Origin: a virus
Taxonomy: Duplodnaviria; Caudoviricetes
IMG/VR virus record: IMGVR_UViG_3300023223_000319
Span: 1-54,040 of that record
Strand: one strand, 5' to 3'
DNA length: 54,040 nucleotides
Shown: positions 45,977 to 54,040 of the stretch, in pieces
How positions within the stretch are numbered: the stretch's first letter is position 1
How the letters are laid out: each line of letters opens with the position of its first letter
Program-made: the position numbers and the translations under genes
Notes under the pieces: model-generated
Told to the model about the DNA's origin: nothing
The model's input: the letters and a program-made list of their open reading frames with translations, nothing else
Databases searched by the model: none

Positions 45977-46304
45977 AGCAATGATAGATGAGATTGATTC
46001 CAAAAAGGCGGAGCTGTTAGGCGGCGAAATGGCAATGATGTCAGTAGCCCCTTATAACAGAGGGCTTCAGCACGCGATCGACATCATCAACAAGCACCTG
46101 GAGGGCATGGTAATTGTGCCGGAGAATCATTTAGACGCCGCGCTTGATATCGAGCCAAACGTGGGTGGCTGCACTCCAGATCAATCAAGCATTAGGGAAC
46201 TAGTCTTTAGACATTACAGGGATATGTTTGATAGAGATGAAGCCCATGATAGAACAACGGAATATATCGCCAGTCTTCTAACAACAGCCAAGGAATCGAA
46301 ATGA
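45966..46304 (+). CDS. Hypothetical protein
   Basis: Overlapping co-oriented ORF. Confidence 0.55.
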   Translation: MSIKAMIDEIDSKKAELLGGEMAMMSVAPYNRGLQHAIDIINKHLEGMVIVPENHLDAALDIEPNVGGCTPDQSSIRELVFRHYRDMFDRDEAHDRTTEYIASLLTTAKESK

Positions 46305-46549
46305 ATAACGCAGATATGCCAGCAATGCCTAGCGAGTTTAAATACCACAACCCACAGGCCAAGCGTGATTACCATGAGATGAATTCCGGGCTAACCAAGC
46401 GCGAACACTTCGCAGCAATGGCTATGCAGGGGATGCTCAATAATGCAGGCCGGAATGGCTATGAATTTACCAATCAAGAAATTATTGCCGATGACGCTGT
46501 AAATATGGCAAACGCCCTACTGAAAGCACTGGAGAGCAGCAATGAATAA
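46301..46549 (+). CDS. Conserved phage protein (GLTKREHFAAMAMQG motif)
   Basis: Motif common in small phage proteins. Confidence 0.75.
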   Translation: MNNADMPAMPSEFKYHNPQAKRDYHEMNSGLTKREHFAAMAMQGMLNNAGRNGYEFTNQEIIADDAVNMANALLKALESSNE

Positions 46550-46694
46550 CCAAAAAGGACTAACAACTACCGAGGCTGCCGGCTATCTATTAGCGGCTAT
46601 ACTGGCTTTTGCCCTGGCTGTATCGTATTGCAATGAGGTCGAAGCGGCGTTTATTGAGTGTATTGTTATGCCGGTATGTGAGGTGGTGAAATGA
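46542..46694 (+). CDS. 50-aa membrane peptide with prepilin-like N-terminus (not in ORF track)
   Basis: GGAG RBS; MNNQKG-LTTTE-AAGYLLAAILAFALAVSY; ATGA overlap with the HNH gene. Confidence 0.6.
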   Translation: MNNQKGLTTTEAAGYLLAAILAFALAVSYCNEVEAAFIECIVMPVCEVVK

Positions 46695-47137
46695 GCGACG
46701 GCGATAGATTCTGGAGCAAGGTTGATAAATCTGGTGATAATGGGTGCTGGAACTGGACGGCATCGAAGGCATGGAATGGATATGGGTGCTTTTCTATCAA
46801 GTCGCGCCCAATAAAGGCTCATAGGTATTCATGGGAGATTCACAATAGCGAGCTGTATGATGGTGAGTGCGTGTGCCATAAATGCGACAATCCGGCTTGT
46901 GTAAACCCCGATCATTTATTTGTTGGAAGTCAGATTGACAATATTGCGGACAGGGATTCTAAAAGAAGAATGTCTCACAAACTAAGCGAGTCTGAGGTCG
47001 TATTGATAAGGGGTAGTGATAAGCCTAATGTATTTCTGGCTGCTAGGTACTCGGTTGATCCTTCGACAATATCTCTGATTAAGGGAGGCAAGATATGGAA
47101 TGGATTAGCGTTAAAGATAGAATGCCGAAAAAAATAG
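46691..47137 (+). CDS. HNH homing endonuclease
   Basis: RFWSKVDK..GCWNW, AHRYSW, VCHKCDNPACVNPDHLFVG...N..D. Confidence 0.9.
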   Translation: MSDGDRFWSKVDKSGDNGCWNWTASKAWNGYGCFSIKSRPIKAHRYSWEIHNSELYDGECVCHKCDNPACVNPDHLFVGSQIDNIADRDSKRRMSHKLSESEVVLIRGSDKPNVFLAARYSVDPSTISLIKGGKIWNGLALKIECRKK

Positions 47138-47283
47138 GAAAGGTTATTTGGTATCATCCAGCGACTACGGGTAGGACTAATCACTGCGAATATTTAAGAA
47201 TTGATATCGGTGATCTTCCAAATCGACCCGCATCGCACTGGATGCCTCTACCTCCTGCGACACTACCAGAGCCACCACAATGA
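47095..47283 (+). CDS. DUF551-family protein
   Basis: MEWISVKDRMP...SHWMPLP. Confidence 0.8.
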   Translation: MEWISVKDRMPKKIGKVIWYHPATTGRTNHCEYLRIDIGDLPNRPASHWMPLPPATLPEPPQ

Positions 47284-47353
47284 TAAACACACTACTATGG
47301 GTATATATCTGCTTAATGGGCGCGTGGATTTTGATGGGGCTAAGGTAGGGGCT

Positions 47354-48562
47354 TTATCGCCCCTTCTTGCTATCCTTTACGGCCTCCGCTATACCCTGCT
47401 CTATCAAGTGAGAAACCTTTTTAGATATCTTGCCTTTCTTGTATTTCTCCATGCCGATCACGGCTTGTTTTTGTGCATTATTCTGGGACGCCTTTTTATT
47501 TAGCGCGCCCTTGAATATCTGGTTATATACAAAATCCTCAGGGCTCATTTTTTAGCCTCCATCCATTTTCCATTGCAAACGTCTTTCGATATATCACCCA
47601 GGCCCTCTACCTCCTCCCATTTCAGGCTCGGGTCTGATGTTGCGCCGCTCATTTTCAACCGAACAAACCCTGTTCCGGCGCCGGCATAAACATTACCGTT
47701 TCGCTTATATGCAGAAACCTGCTTATAAATTCCACGCTTATATACGATAATGGTTGCGTCGTCGATAACCTCAAATCCAATGCTCATTTCTTTTTCCTTG
47801 TTAGCCATTTATAAAAAGTTCCTGCCGTCTCTACCGCATGATTCTCCATCCCCTGGCGCAACAAGTCATTATCATACTTCAGGGCCTTAACCTCCTTCAG
47901 AAGCGCCGTATGCCTATCAATCAGCACCCCTATCATCTTCTCGACCGTTTGCTCCTGGTAGGTTAGCTTTGCCCATACCTCGCTAAGGAGTTCGGCTGTG
48001 TACCCTCTGGTGCCGGTTACTACAAGGGCATTCTCTACCCGCTGCTTTAGATCATTCATGTGCTGCCCTTATTTATACTGGTCTAATCCGCCTTGAGCAG
48101 CGTTAGCGCAAGTTCGTAAGCATGCCTTCAGGTCGATAATCGTAAGTTCAAGCTCAACAATTCTTCGCCCTGCATAATGCTCGGCTTCTGTCTTAGATGT
48201 ATTGGGATGCTTTAACATCATATCTAGACACTCATCATCAGTTGGTGTTCCTGTATTTTCTGTCATAACTACGCCTTATTGGTCTATACTTGTTAACGGA
48301 ACGAACCCGACTGTACGTTCTGGAGGTGACTCCAATCTGGAACTGGCCGGCCTAATCAAAGCCGGCCTTTTTCGTTTCTTGATCCCTCATTCATAATAAA
48401 TGGAATAACCGCCTGATAAGCCGTCTCTTTTTCAGCTATATATTCATAATCATGCGGCAGCGACTCCCTAATAAAATCAATAAGATCGTCTGAGAATTTA
48501 ATCCGCTCAATAGCATAAGAATCAGCAGTAATTAGTCTTTTCAAGATCTGGCCAATAGTCAT
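47354..48562 (-). CDS. Run of five small leftward hypothetical genes (47354-47548, 47545-47808, 47784-48059, 48069-48266, 48356-48562)
   Basis: Tightly packed, co-oriented, several with RBS or overlaps; no recognised families. Confidence 0.5.
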
Positions 48563-49453
48563 ACATCACTCCTAATAAGTTAAACACCATAATACTCGTT
48601 ATCGCCCCCGGTGACTGTTAACGTTTGTTAATGATGGGACATACACAAACCTCGTTGTGTATGATGAATTGAGATATAACATACATAAAAATACCCCTCA
48701 GAGTTGCATCATAAGGGGCTGGGGTGGTGCTACACACTGTGTAGGAACGGTGTTAAATAGTGAATGGCTCTTGAAGCTGCGATAATGACAAGCAGCGCTG
48801 GTGATCAAGCCTTTTATTTCTCTCTGCTAGATTAGCAAAACTTCGCTGTATGCGAGCTAAGTCAATACTAGTTAGCGCCTGAGCCTCACGGACTGCTGCA
48901 TCAATATCTGCTTGTGTCATACCCATAATTACACTCCAGGTTTAATCGGTGAACTTGTACGCCAGTATATCGGCCTTCCTTTGGGCGCGCGACCTCACTC
49001 TGCATGCCTTGCACCGGGTGTGGGCTCCACCTAAGTGATCCGGAACCAATTTCCTAACCCGAATGAACCACCGCCCTATATGGATCTCAAATGCCACCAT
49101 GGACGTCGGGAAGATTCGATGCTTCATAGCCATCCCCTAAAATAGTTTTGTGTCTTTAACAACACGGCCATTGAGAAGTGCCAATATGCCGCCAGCAATC
49201 TGCTCCCTTGATGCCATTGGATGAACTGGCATTGTGCGAATTGCATAAACACCATTAGCTTTTAGCTCTATTACCTTTTCCTCTAGCTTTTCGATGTTAG
49301 TCATACCGTCTTCACCCTAGCGTCGCCATCAGGACAGGTTTTAGTACAGGCCGCAACAAAGTCATCAGATAGTTGTTTGACGGCGGCAACCAGCTCGTTA
49401 AGCGTTTTAATCTTTTCTGCATCAGTCATATCGACATAGGTCATAGCTATCTC

Positions 49454-49780
49454 CTAAATAGGCGGCATGTCAGCCGGCCCGTCTTCTTTCACGATAAGGT
49501 ATGTCTTTTTGAATATGTCGGGCTTGCAGGGGTAAAACATCCTGTTCTTATCGAAAGGCTCTTTTATGATCATGTCGCCGATATTTGCAAGCATGTCACC
49601 TTCGCTTGTTTTTATAACCAAGCCGCCTTCACCCTTGCTATGATCAATATAGAAGTCTCTGCCAGTTGCGCCAATATATTCATTGCTGCCACCACCAAGA
49701 AACTCAAACATCCCCCGATGATTCTTCCCGTCCCATTCCATGAAATCAATTCTTACCGGTCGCTTAACGGCACTTGGCAT
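49454..49780 (-). CDS. Conserved phage protein (KxPV...TxEG...YPCKPDIFxxTY family)
   Basis: Motifs KRPVRI, IKTSEGDM.A..GDMIIK, FYPCKPDIFKKTY; GAGGAG RBS. Confidence 0.75.
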   Translation of the reverse strand: MPSAVKRPVRIDFMEWDGKNHRGMFEFLGGGSNEYIGATGRDFYIDHSKGEGGLVIKTSEGDMLANIGDMIIKEPFDKNRMFYPCKPDIFKKTYLIVKEDGPADMPPI

Positions 49781-49828
49781 AGCTATCTCCTCAATAGATT
49801 ATTTATTGTACCACGGGGTAATCGACAC

Positions 49829-50002
49829 CTAAATCGGCGCACTTTTTTTAGTCATGCATCCAGATATGACAATCATAAACAGGTCAGGCTTGTCTGTATG
49901 CCAGTCTCTCAGCGTAGAAATCGGAATAGTAGAAAGTTCTGACACCTCCTGTAGCGATTTAAATCCGCTTGCTTTAGCGAGTTGTGATGGTGTGGTGCTC
50001 AA
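49829..50002 (-). CDS. Small HTH-like protein (TTG start; not in ORF track)
   Basis: AAGGAG RBS; TPSQLAKASGFKSLQEVSELSTIPISTLRDWHTDKPDLF. Confidence 0.65.
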   Translation of the reverse strand: MSTTPSQLAKASGFKSLQEVSELSTIPISTLRDWHTDKPDLFMIVISGCMTKKSAPI

Positions 50003-50222
50003 AATACTCTCCTTTTGTCTATGTTGTTGTTTCGCTTGTGATTTCAGTGGTGACCAAGTTAAATGATTTTATATTGCGATGGCTTAACTACTCCGCCGCC
50101 TAGTGATAAATCCTTGCCGTTTATTTTCTCGGATCGTGCGCGCCATGTTTCGCCGGCCTGCATGGTAAAGCGAGGCAGGTAGATAGCCTCGGTAAATTCG
50201 ATCATCACCATAGAGGGGCGCA

Positions 50223-50417
50223 TTACACCGCCTCCGAGTAGCGACCTTCTTCATAAAATACTACGGTGAAAACTTTTTTTCCTTTAGCTTTGCGAGCTTT
50301 GATCCACTGGCGAGTAGCACCTTTATGTTCGTATTCTTTCATGCTGATCACTACTGCTTTATTGGTCTTCAGTGCTTGCTCTAAGGTTGCGAAAGTTTTC
50401 ATCTTGTCTTGCTCCAT
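50223..50417 (-). CDS. Hypothetical protein
   Basis: First gene of this leftward unit; start uncertain. Confidence 0.5.
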   Translation of the reverse strand: MEQDKMKTFATLEQALKTNKAVVISMKEYEHKGATRQWIKARKAKGKKVFTVVFYEEGRYSEAV

Positions 50418-50512
50418 GTCTTTAGTTGATGAGTTAATAATACACGGTATTCGCACATAAACAAGCATTATATTCGATATTCGTGCATTTATTTATTAGT
50501 TGTCGATCGGAC

Positions 50513-50684
50513 TTGTGCTATTACCATACTGCTATATAATGGGTGGTGTAGTTAGGCGTGTGGAAGCGCTTGGATTGGTAGAGAGATAGGGTCAATAAGT
50601 ACAGGTTTTAGAGAGCGCGGGAAATACTTCCACGTATCTCTTTACCAACCCCATCTCTAGGGTCTGTATTTATTGGCCTTTTTT
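50513..50684 (+). promoter_or_regulatory. Sigma70-like promoter plus attenuator-like leader of the tRNA/ncRNA unit
   Basis: TTGTGC-16 nt-TATAAT; stem GGTCAATAAGTACAGG/TCTGTATTTATTGGCC plus a T-run; GTGGAAG/CTTCCAC and TTGGTAGAGAGATA/TATCTCTTTACCAA alternative pairings. Confidence 0.7.
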
Positions 50685-50689
50685 GTTTT

Positions 50690-50767
50690 CTGTGTGTAGC
50701 TCAGCTTGGTTAGAGTGCTCGGTTTGGAACTGAGGGGTCGTAGGTTCGAATCCTACCACACAGACCA
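50690..50767 (+). tRNA. tRNA-Pro (TGG)
   Basis: Cloverleaf: CTGTGTG/CACACAG, CTCGG-TTTGGAA-CTGAG, GTAGG-TTCGAAT-CCTAC, ACCA. Confidence 0.95.
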
Positions 50768-50772
50768 CTTTT

Positions 50773-50849
50773 GCTCCCTTAGCCCAATTGGCAGAGGCGC
50801 TGGATTTAGATTCCAGAGGTTCTAGGTTCGACTCCTAGAGGGAGTACCA
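50773..50849 (+). tRNA. tRNA-Leu (TAG), short variable loop
   Basis: GCTCCCT/AGGGAGT, CTGGA-TTTAGAT-TCCAG, CTAGG-TTCGACT-CCTAG, ACCA. Confidence 0.92.
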
Positions 50850-50859
50850 TTTCAAGACC

Positions 50860-51530
50860 ATAGTCTGTATTGATAAGAGTAAAGGGAATGTTGTTCCGGA
50901 ATTAGCTACCGGATTCCTGTTGGTGGTGATTGAGTCTCTATTACCTTGGGCAAACTAGCGTAGCCTGGGCAGATGACAGCTAGACACCTTAGCCAGCACT
51001 CTTACCAATACAGATTATACCTCCATAATGAGCCTGTATATGTGGTGAGCATGCGGAACCTAGAGTTAATAAACTGACTCGAGTTAATAGACTGACTTCA
51101 ATGGAACCAATGGCTCCCTTCATATACAGGTTCACCGCCTACTGCCAGGTTCATGGCATCCAGCAAATTGTCACCGGTCGATCCGGGTAATCAAAGCAAT
51201 TAGCAATACTAGATTCGATCAGCACTAGCGGCAGCCAGGAAACGGGCCAAGCAAAGCCATCTTCCCTCTACGATAAGATGCGCGGATTAAGAGGGGTGCA
51301 GGTACAGATATCCTATATAGCTCAGGATCGTGCCTTAAACAGCGATTACGTGAATATGAATACCTGAGTAGCTTTAAGCGTAAATCTCCTATGTAAGCCT
51401 TGTTCAACGGCTCTAAACTTGGCTAGTTCATCCGGCAAGATGTAAAAAGGTTCGCTGATAAGTGATTGATGATAGCCAGTTATAATGAAGTGTACGGAAG
51501 TAGTTAGGTTGATGAGTAGTTCACCAACCC
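50860..51530 (+). ncRNA. Candidate large structured non-coding RNA region
   Basis: No credible ORF; long stems 50860-50880/50998-51018 and 51029-51042/51121-51134; twin internal hairpins. Confidence 0.5.
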
Positions 51531-51558
51531 CTCTTAATTGACGATATGGGAAAATATT

Positions 51559-51792
51559 ATGAATGATCCAGAATGTAAATTGCTTAGACTAGCCGATGCA
51601 TGCAGTGACGCATTGTTTGGCGGTGAATGTGGCTGGGAGAGCATGGACTTTGACCATTTTGTTACTGAGTGCGCCAAAGCTATACAGGAAAGAAATCGGC
51701 TAGTAAAAGCACTTGAATACTCACTGGCAGCCTTATCACACGGCTCTGTATCGGTAGTAAGCAAGCAGGTCGCTGAGATGCTAAAAGATTAA
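51559..51792 (+). CDS. Hypothetical protein
   Basis: Starts within a repeated linker (GGGAAAATATTATG). Confidence 0.55.
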   Translation: MNDPECKLLRLADACSDALFGGECGWESMDFDHFVTECAKAIQERNRLVKALEYSLAALSHGSVSVVSKQVAEMLKD

Positions 51793-51814
51793 TTGACAGC
51801 TATGGGAAAATACA

Positions 51815-52063
51815 ATGAATGAAGATTCAGGAGTTCAACGAAAGCGATCTAAGTCGGCTGTCGTATGGCCCAACAGCTTAAAGCCATGCCCATTGTGCGG
51901 CGACAAAGACGAATTTATTTCAACATTTCATAACGGATTAGATTTATGGAGCGTTTCGTGCTGTAGGTGCGGACTACATTTAGAGATACCGGGAGGCGGG
52001 TTTTTTACTGAAAGCGAGGCTGTTATCGCCTGGAATACTCGCACCCCATCCACCAGCATATAA
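51815..52063 (+). CDS. Lar-family restriction-alleviation-like Zn finger
   Basis: LKPCPLCG...C..CG...ESEAVIAWNTR. Confidence 0.75.
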   Translation: MNEDSGVQRKRSKSAVVWPNSLKPCPLCGDKDEFISTFHNGLDLWSVSCCRCGLHLEIPGGGFFTESEAVIAWNTRTPSTSI

Positions 52064-52078
52064 GAGAGGGTTAATATA

Positions 52079-52405
52079 ATGAAGATTATCAAGCGCATTG
52101 AACTTGCGGCATCGGCAGCTGGCAGATGGTCAGATCAGTACGGCCCTAATTTTGATACATTCGGCGCCCTTGATAAAAAAGCCATCCATGAGAATCTTTT
52201 GGCGCTTGGTGAAAATCCATCTGTTGTCGATGTAAACAAGACCATTGGGAATACCTCTTGGACTAGAGCGACTTGCGGCGAATGCCAGGTTGAGGGCTTT
52301 GACGAAGTTATTATGGTTGGCGAGGAGCCTGATTATGAGAGCAGCACAGCCTGCCTATGTAAATCATGCCTACAGAGCGCTCTAAGGATTTTTAACCACA
52401 CATAA
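52079..52405 (+). CDS. Hypothetical Zn-finger protein
   Basis: CGEC...GEEPDYESSTA.LC.SCL. Confidence 0.65.
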   Translation: MKIIKRIELAASAAGRWSDQYGPNFDTFGALDKKAIHENLLALGENPSVVDVNKTIGNTSWTRATCGECQVEGFDEVIMVGEEPDYESSTACLCKSCLQSALRIFNHT

Positions 52406-52422
52406 CACTACGGGAGAACATA

Positions 52423-52611
52423 ATGGCTAACGAAAGGCTACATATTATATGCGGGAATTGCGGTTGTAATGATAATTTTGAATGGCAGCATCAGCAGGGA
52501 TTAGTCGCTAACGGAGAAAAGATAAGCGACGAGGATACCTGGGTTTGGTGTCGCAACTGCTCAACCCTTCACTCTCTGAATGATAACGCCGACAACGTGG
52601 ACAAATCGTAA
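52423..52611 (+). CDS. Small Zn-ribbon protein
   Basis: LHIICGNCG...CRNCSTLH. Confidence 0.65.
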   Translation: MANERLHIICGNCGCNDNFEWQHQQGLVANGEKISDEDTWVWCRNCSTLHSLNDNADNVDKS

Positions 52612-52669
52612 CCCAACCACCTACCGCAAACAGCTACAATAACGGCTAAACACAACAAGGAATAGAGCG

Positions 52670-53035
52670 ATGGCAATGAACAAGAAAGAAAAGGCGCACA
52701 TTGAAGATTTAAAGGAAATGATCGAGATGGGCGATATTCTTTTGGCGCTCAGGCTTACCGAGAATGTTCCGTGTGATGTGCCAATCCCTGTCGGATCTTA
52801 TTCGGATATAGTTAATGGGTATTCGTTCAACAGTCACAGCATGTCTGTATCGGAATCATGCAGCAGCAGTATTAGTCATGGGTGGAAGCATGGAGAAACA
52901 AGAAGTCAGAATCCTAGAGAACAATACAGCACAAAGCTGCTTGCATTCAAAGCTATGCGCCATGATATGGAGTTATTATACGCAAAAAATCTGCGGAAAA
53001 TTGATCTTATTATTGATGCACAGTCAGCCGCATAA
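52670..53035 (+). CDS. Hypothetical protein
   Basis: AAGGA RBS. Confidence 0.65.
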   Translation: MAMNKKEKAHIEDLKEMIEMGDILLALRLTENVPCDVPIPVGSYSDIVNGYSFNSHSMSVSESCSSSISHGWKHGETRSQNPREQYSTKLLAFKAMRHDMELLYAKNLRKIDLIIDAQSAA

Positions 53036-53067
53036 CCCCCTACATAGCTAACATAAAGGATACTGAG

Positions 53068-53241
53068 ATGGATAAGTGCAGCCCAGTAGAAATGCGTAAA
53101 AATCTGGAAATAGTCGAACGGTACAGAGCTATCGGCATTGATTTTGTTGCCGTACCTGTGATGGATTCATCGCACAAGTGTCAGCTTATCGCGCAAAGCA
53201 ATGAGGTGCTGGAATACTTGGCAAGAGAGATGGAGGATTAA
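53068..53241 (+). CDS. DUF1382-like small phage protein (not in ORF track)
   Basis: MDKCSPVEMRKNLEIV...GIDFVAVPV resembles the lambdoid DUF1382 pattern. Confidence 0.7.
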   Translation: MDKCSPVEMRKNLEIVERYRAIGIDFVAVPVMDSSHKCQLIAQSNEVLEYLAREMED

Positions 53242-53250
53242 CCCCATTAA
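53107..53250 (+). repeat. 144-bp direct repeat, copy 2
   Basis: Matches bases 1-144. Confidence 0.95.
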
Positions 53251-53287
53251 TAACACCCACCACAATTAGCCCACTAAGGATAGAGAT

Positions 53288-53599
53288 ATGACACCAGAAA
53301 GCGAAGGCTGGACAGAAGGCCATCAAGAAAATAGCGAGCCTGATTTTTATGGAAAATGGTTCGATGTTGATAGAGAGCTGCCAGAAGTTGATTTTAATCA
53401 AGCCTGGAGAACCGCTAAAGCCTTTCCTGTTTATACAGAATCGGTAGGCGTTACCTATGCATATTTTACCAGAAAGGGATGGGTTGAGTCTCATATATAT
53501 GGCGAAGATCATGGGGACATGGCATATACGGGTGGCGTTCATGAAACAATGTCAGACATCACTCACTGGATGAATATTCCTAGCGACCCAGAACTTTAA
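53288..53599 (+). CDS. DUF551-like protein
   Basis: WFDVDRELPE...ITHWMNIP..P. Confidence 0.65.
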   Translation: MTPESEGWTEGHQENSEPDFYGKWFDVDRELPEVDFNQAWRTAKAFPVYTESVGVTYAYFTRKGWVESHIYGEDHGDMAYTGGVHETMSDITHWMNIPSDPEL

Positions 53600-53627
53600 C
53601 CTACCCCATAACAGTAAGGACAGATAT

Positions 53628-54014
53628 ATGGAAATAATCCTAAAGGATGAATCCTATTTCGAAGTAGACCAAGCTGATATTATCTACTGGGCTGGAATCT
53701 ATACCCGCATAGACCCATATCACGAATTAATGAAGATGGGCGCATGGTGCCTAGCTAACCCTGCTAAGCGTAAAACTAAGGCCGGTATCAAGCGTTTTAT
53801 GAACTCCTGGCTATCTAGGGCTGATGAGAAGGGTTGTTCCATAGCGATACCCTTACAGGAGTCACTAGTCGATGTCACATGGGTGACTGATCCGGTGCTA
53901 AGGCTGGAGACTCAAGAATACTTTGTCGAGAAGTACGGATTTTATGTGCTAAACGGCCAGCGGGTTGAGGGAATGGCTACGCATGAGCAGAAGCTAATAC
54001 AGAGCAGCCTGTGA
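53628..54014 (+). CDS. Stand-alone domain resembling the C-terminus of phage replication initiators
   Basis: ELMKM.AWCLANP.KRKT..GIKRFMNSWLSR. Confidence 0.6.
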   Translation: MEIILKDESYFEVDQADIIYWAGIYTRIDPYHELMKMGAWCLANPAKRKTKAGIKRFMNSWLSRADEKGCSIAIPLQESLVDVTWVTDPVLRLETQEYFVEKYGFYVLNGQRVEGMATHEQKLIQSSL

Positions 54015-54040
54015 TACTTATACATTATTTGATAACAATT

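Noticed and set aside
49442-49791. Identical 14-bp sequence CATAGCTATCTCCT at 49442 and 49778
   Set aside because: It is the RBS plus start codon of two neighbouring genes; too short to claim more than a shared translation signal.
808-49942. Many antisense or nested ORFs in the supplied track (e.g. 808-1125, 9602-9919, 33402-33863, 36434-36784, 49373-49942)
   Set aside because: They are shadows of well-supported genes on the other strand or frame, with no RBS or recognisable motifs.
50773-50849. Amber suppressor tRNA or stop-codon recoding
   Set aside because: The anticodon is TAG (reads CUA, Leu), not CTA, and long genes are open under the standard code.
51063-51098. CRISPR mini-array
   Set aside because: Two adjacent 18-nt units with no spacer; no cas genes.
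50860-51530. CsrB/RsmZ-like GGA-repeat sponge for the phage CsrA
   Set aside because: GGA motifs occur but do not look more frequent than chance, and are not arrayed in repeated hairpin loops.
51538-51817. TTGAC...TAYWAT in the repeated linkers read as sigma70 promoters
   Set aside because: Spacing between the hexamers is only 11-12 nt.
51829-51875. Integron attC-like half site at the start of the Lar-like gene
   Set aside because: Only one degenerate instance, no complete palindromic attC and no integron integrase.

Overview
The window is most or all of a ~54 kb tailed dsDNA phage genome with a P22-like (podovirus) virion module: TerS, TerL, portal, scaffold, coat, gp4- and gp10-like proteins, ejection proteins and a tail fibre. 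The host is probably a gammaproteobacterium. It also carries a lambdoid-type recombination/nin region (SSAP, NinB-like, NinG, YopX), a lysozyme and holin, four HNH nucleases, two tRNAs and a CsrA that starts at ATT. I recognised no integrase, CI, DNA polymerase, helicase or primase. The most striking feature is an ~11 kb island (11759-22694) splitting the portal gene from the scaffold gene. It encodes TerD-TerB-TerC, RtcB, a PRS-like plus NAMPT-like pair (the NARP1 Adps/Namat arrangement), a SpoU/TrmH methyltransferase, an RlaP-type nucleotidyltransferase, an HD hydrolase and a papain-fold protein, which together look like a compact counter-defence and RNA-repair kit. Within the island, directly before the methyltransferase, is a 35-nt tRNA minihelix ending in ACCA. 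Other unexplained non-coding structure includes two attenuator-like leaders, two pseudoknot-like leaders and a ~680-nt structured region after the tRNAs. Bases 1-144 are repeated at 53107-53250 with different continuations. All protein calls come from reading motifs by eye; no searches were run.
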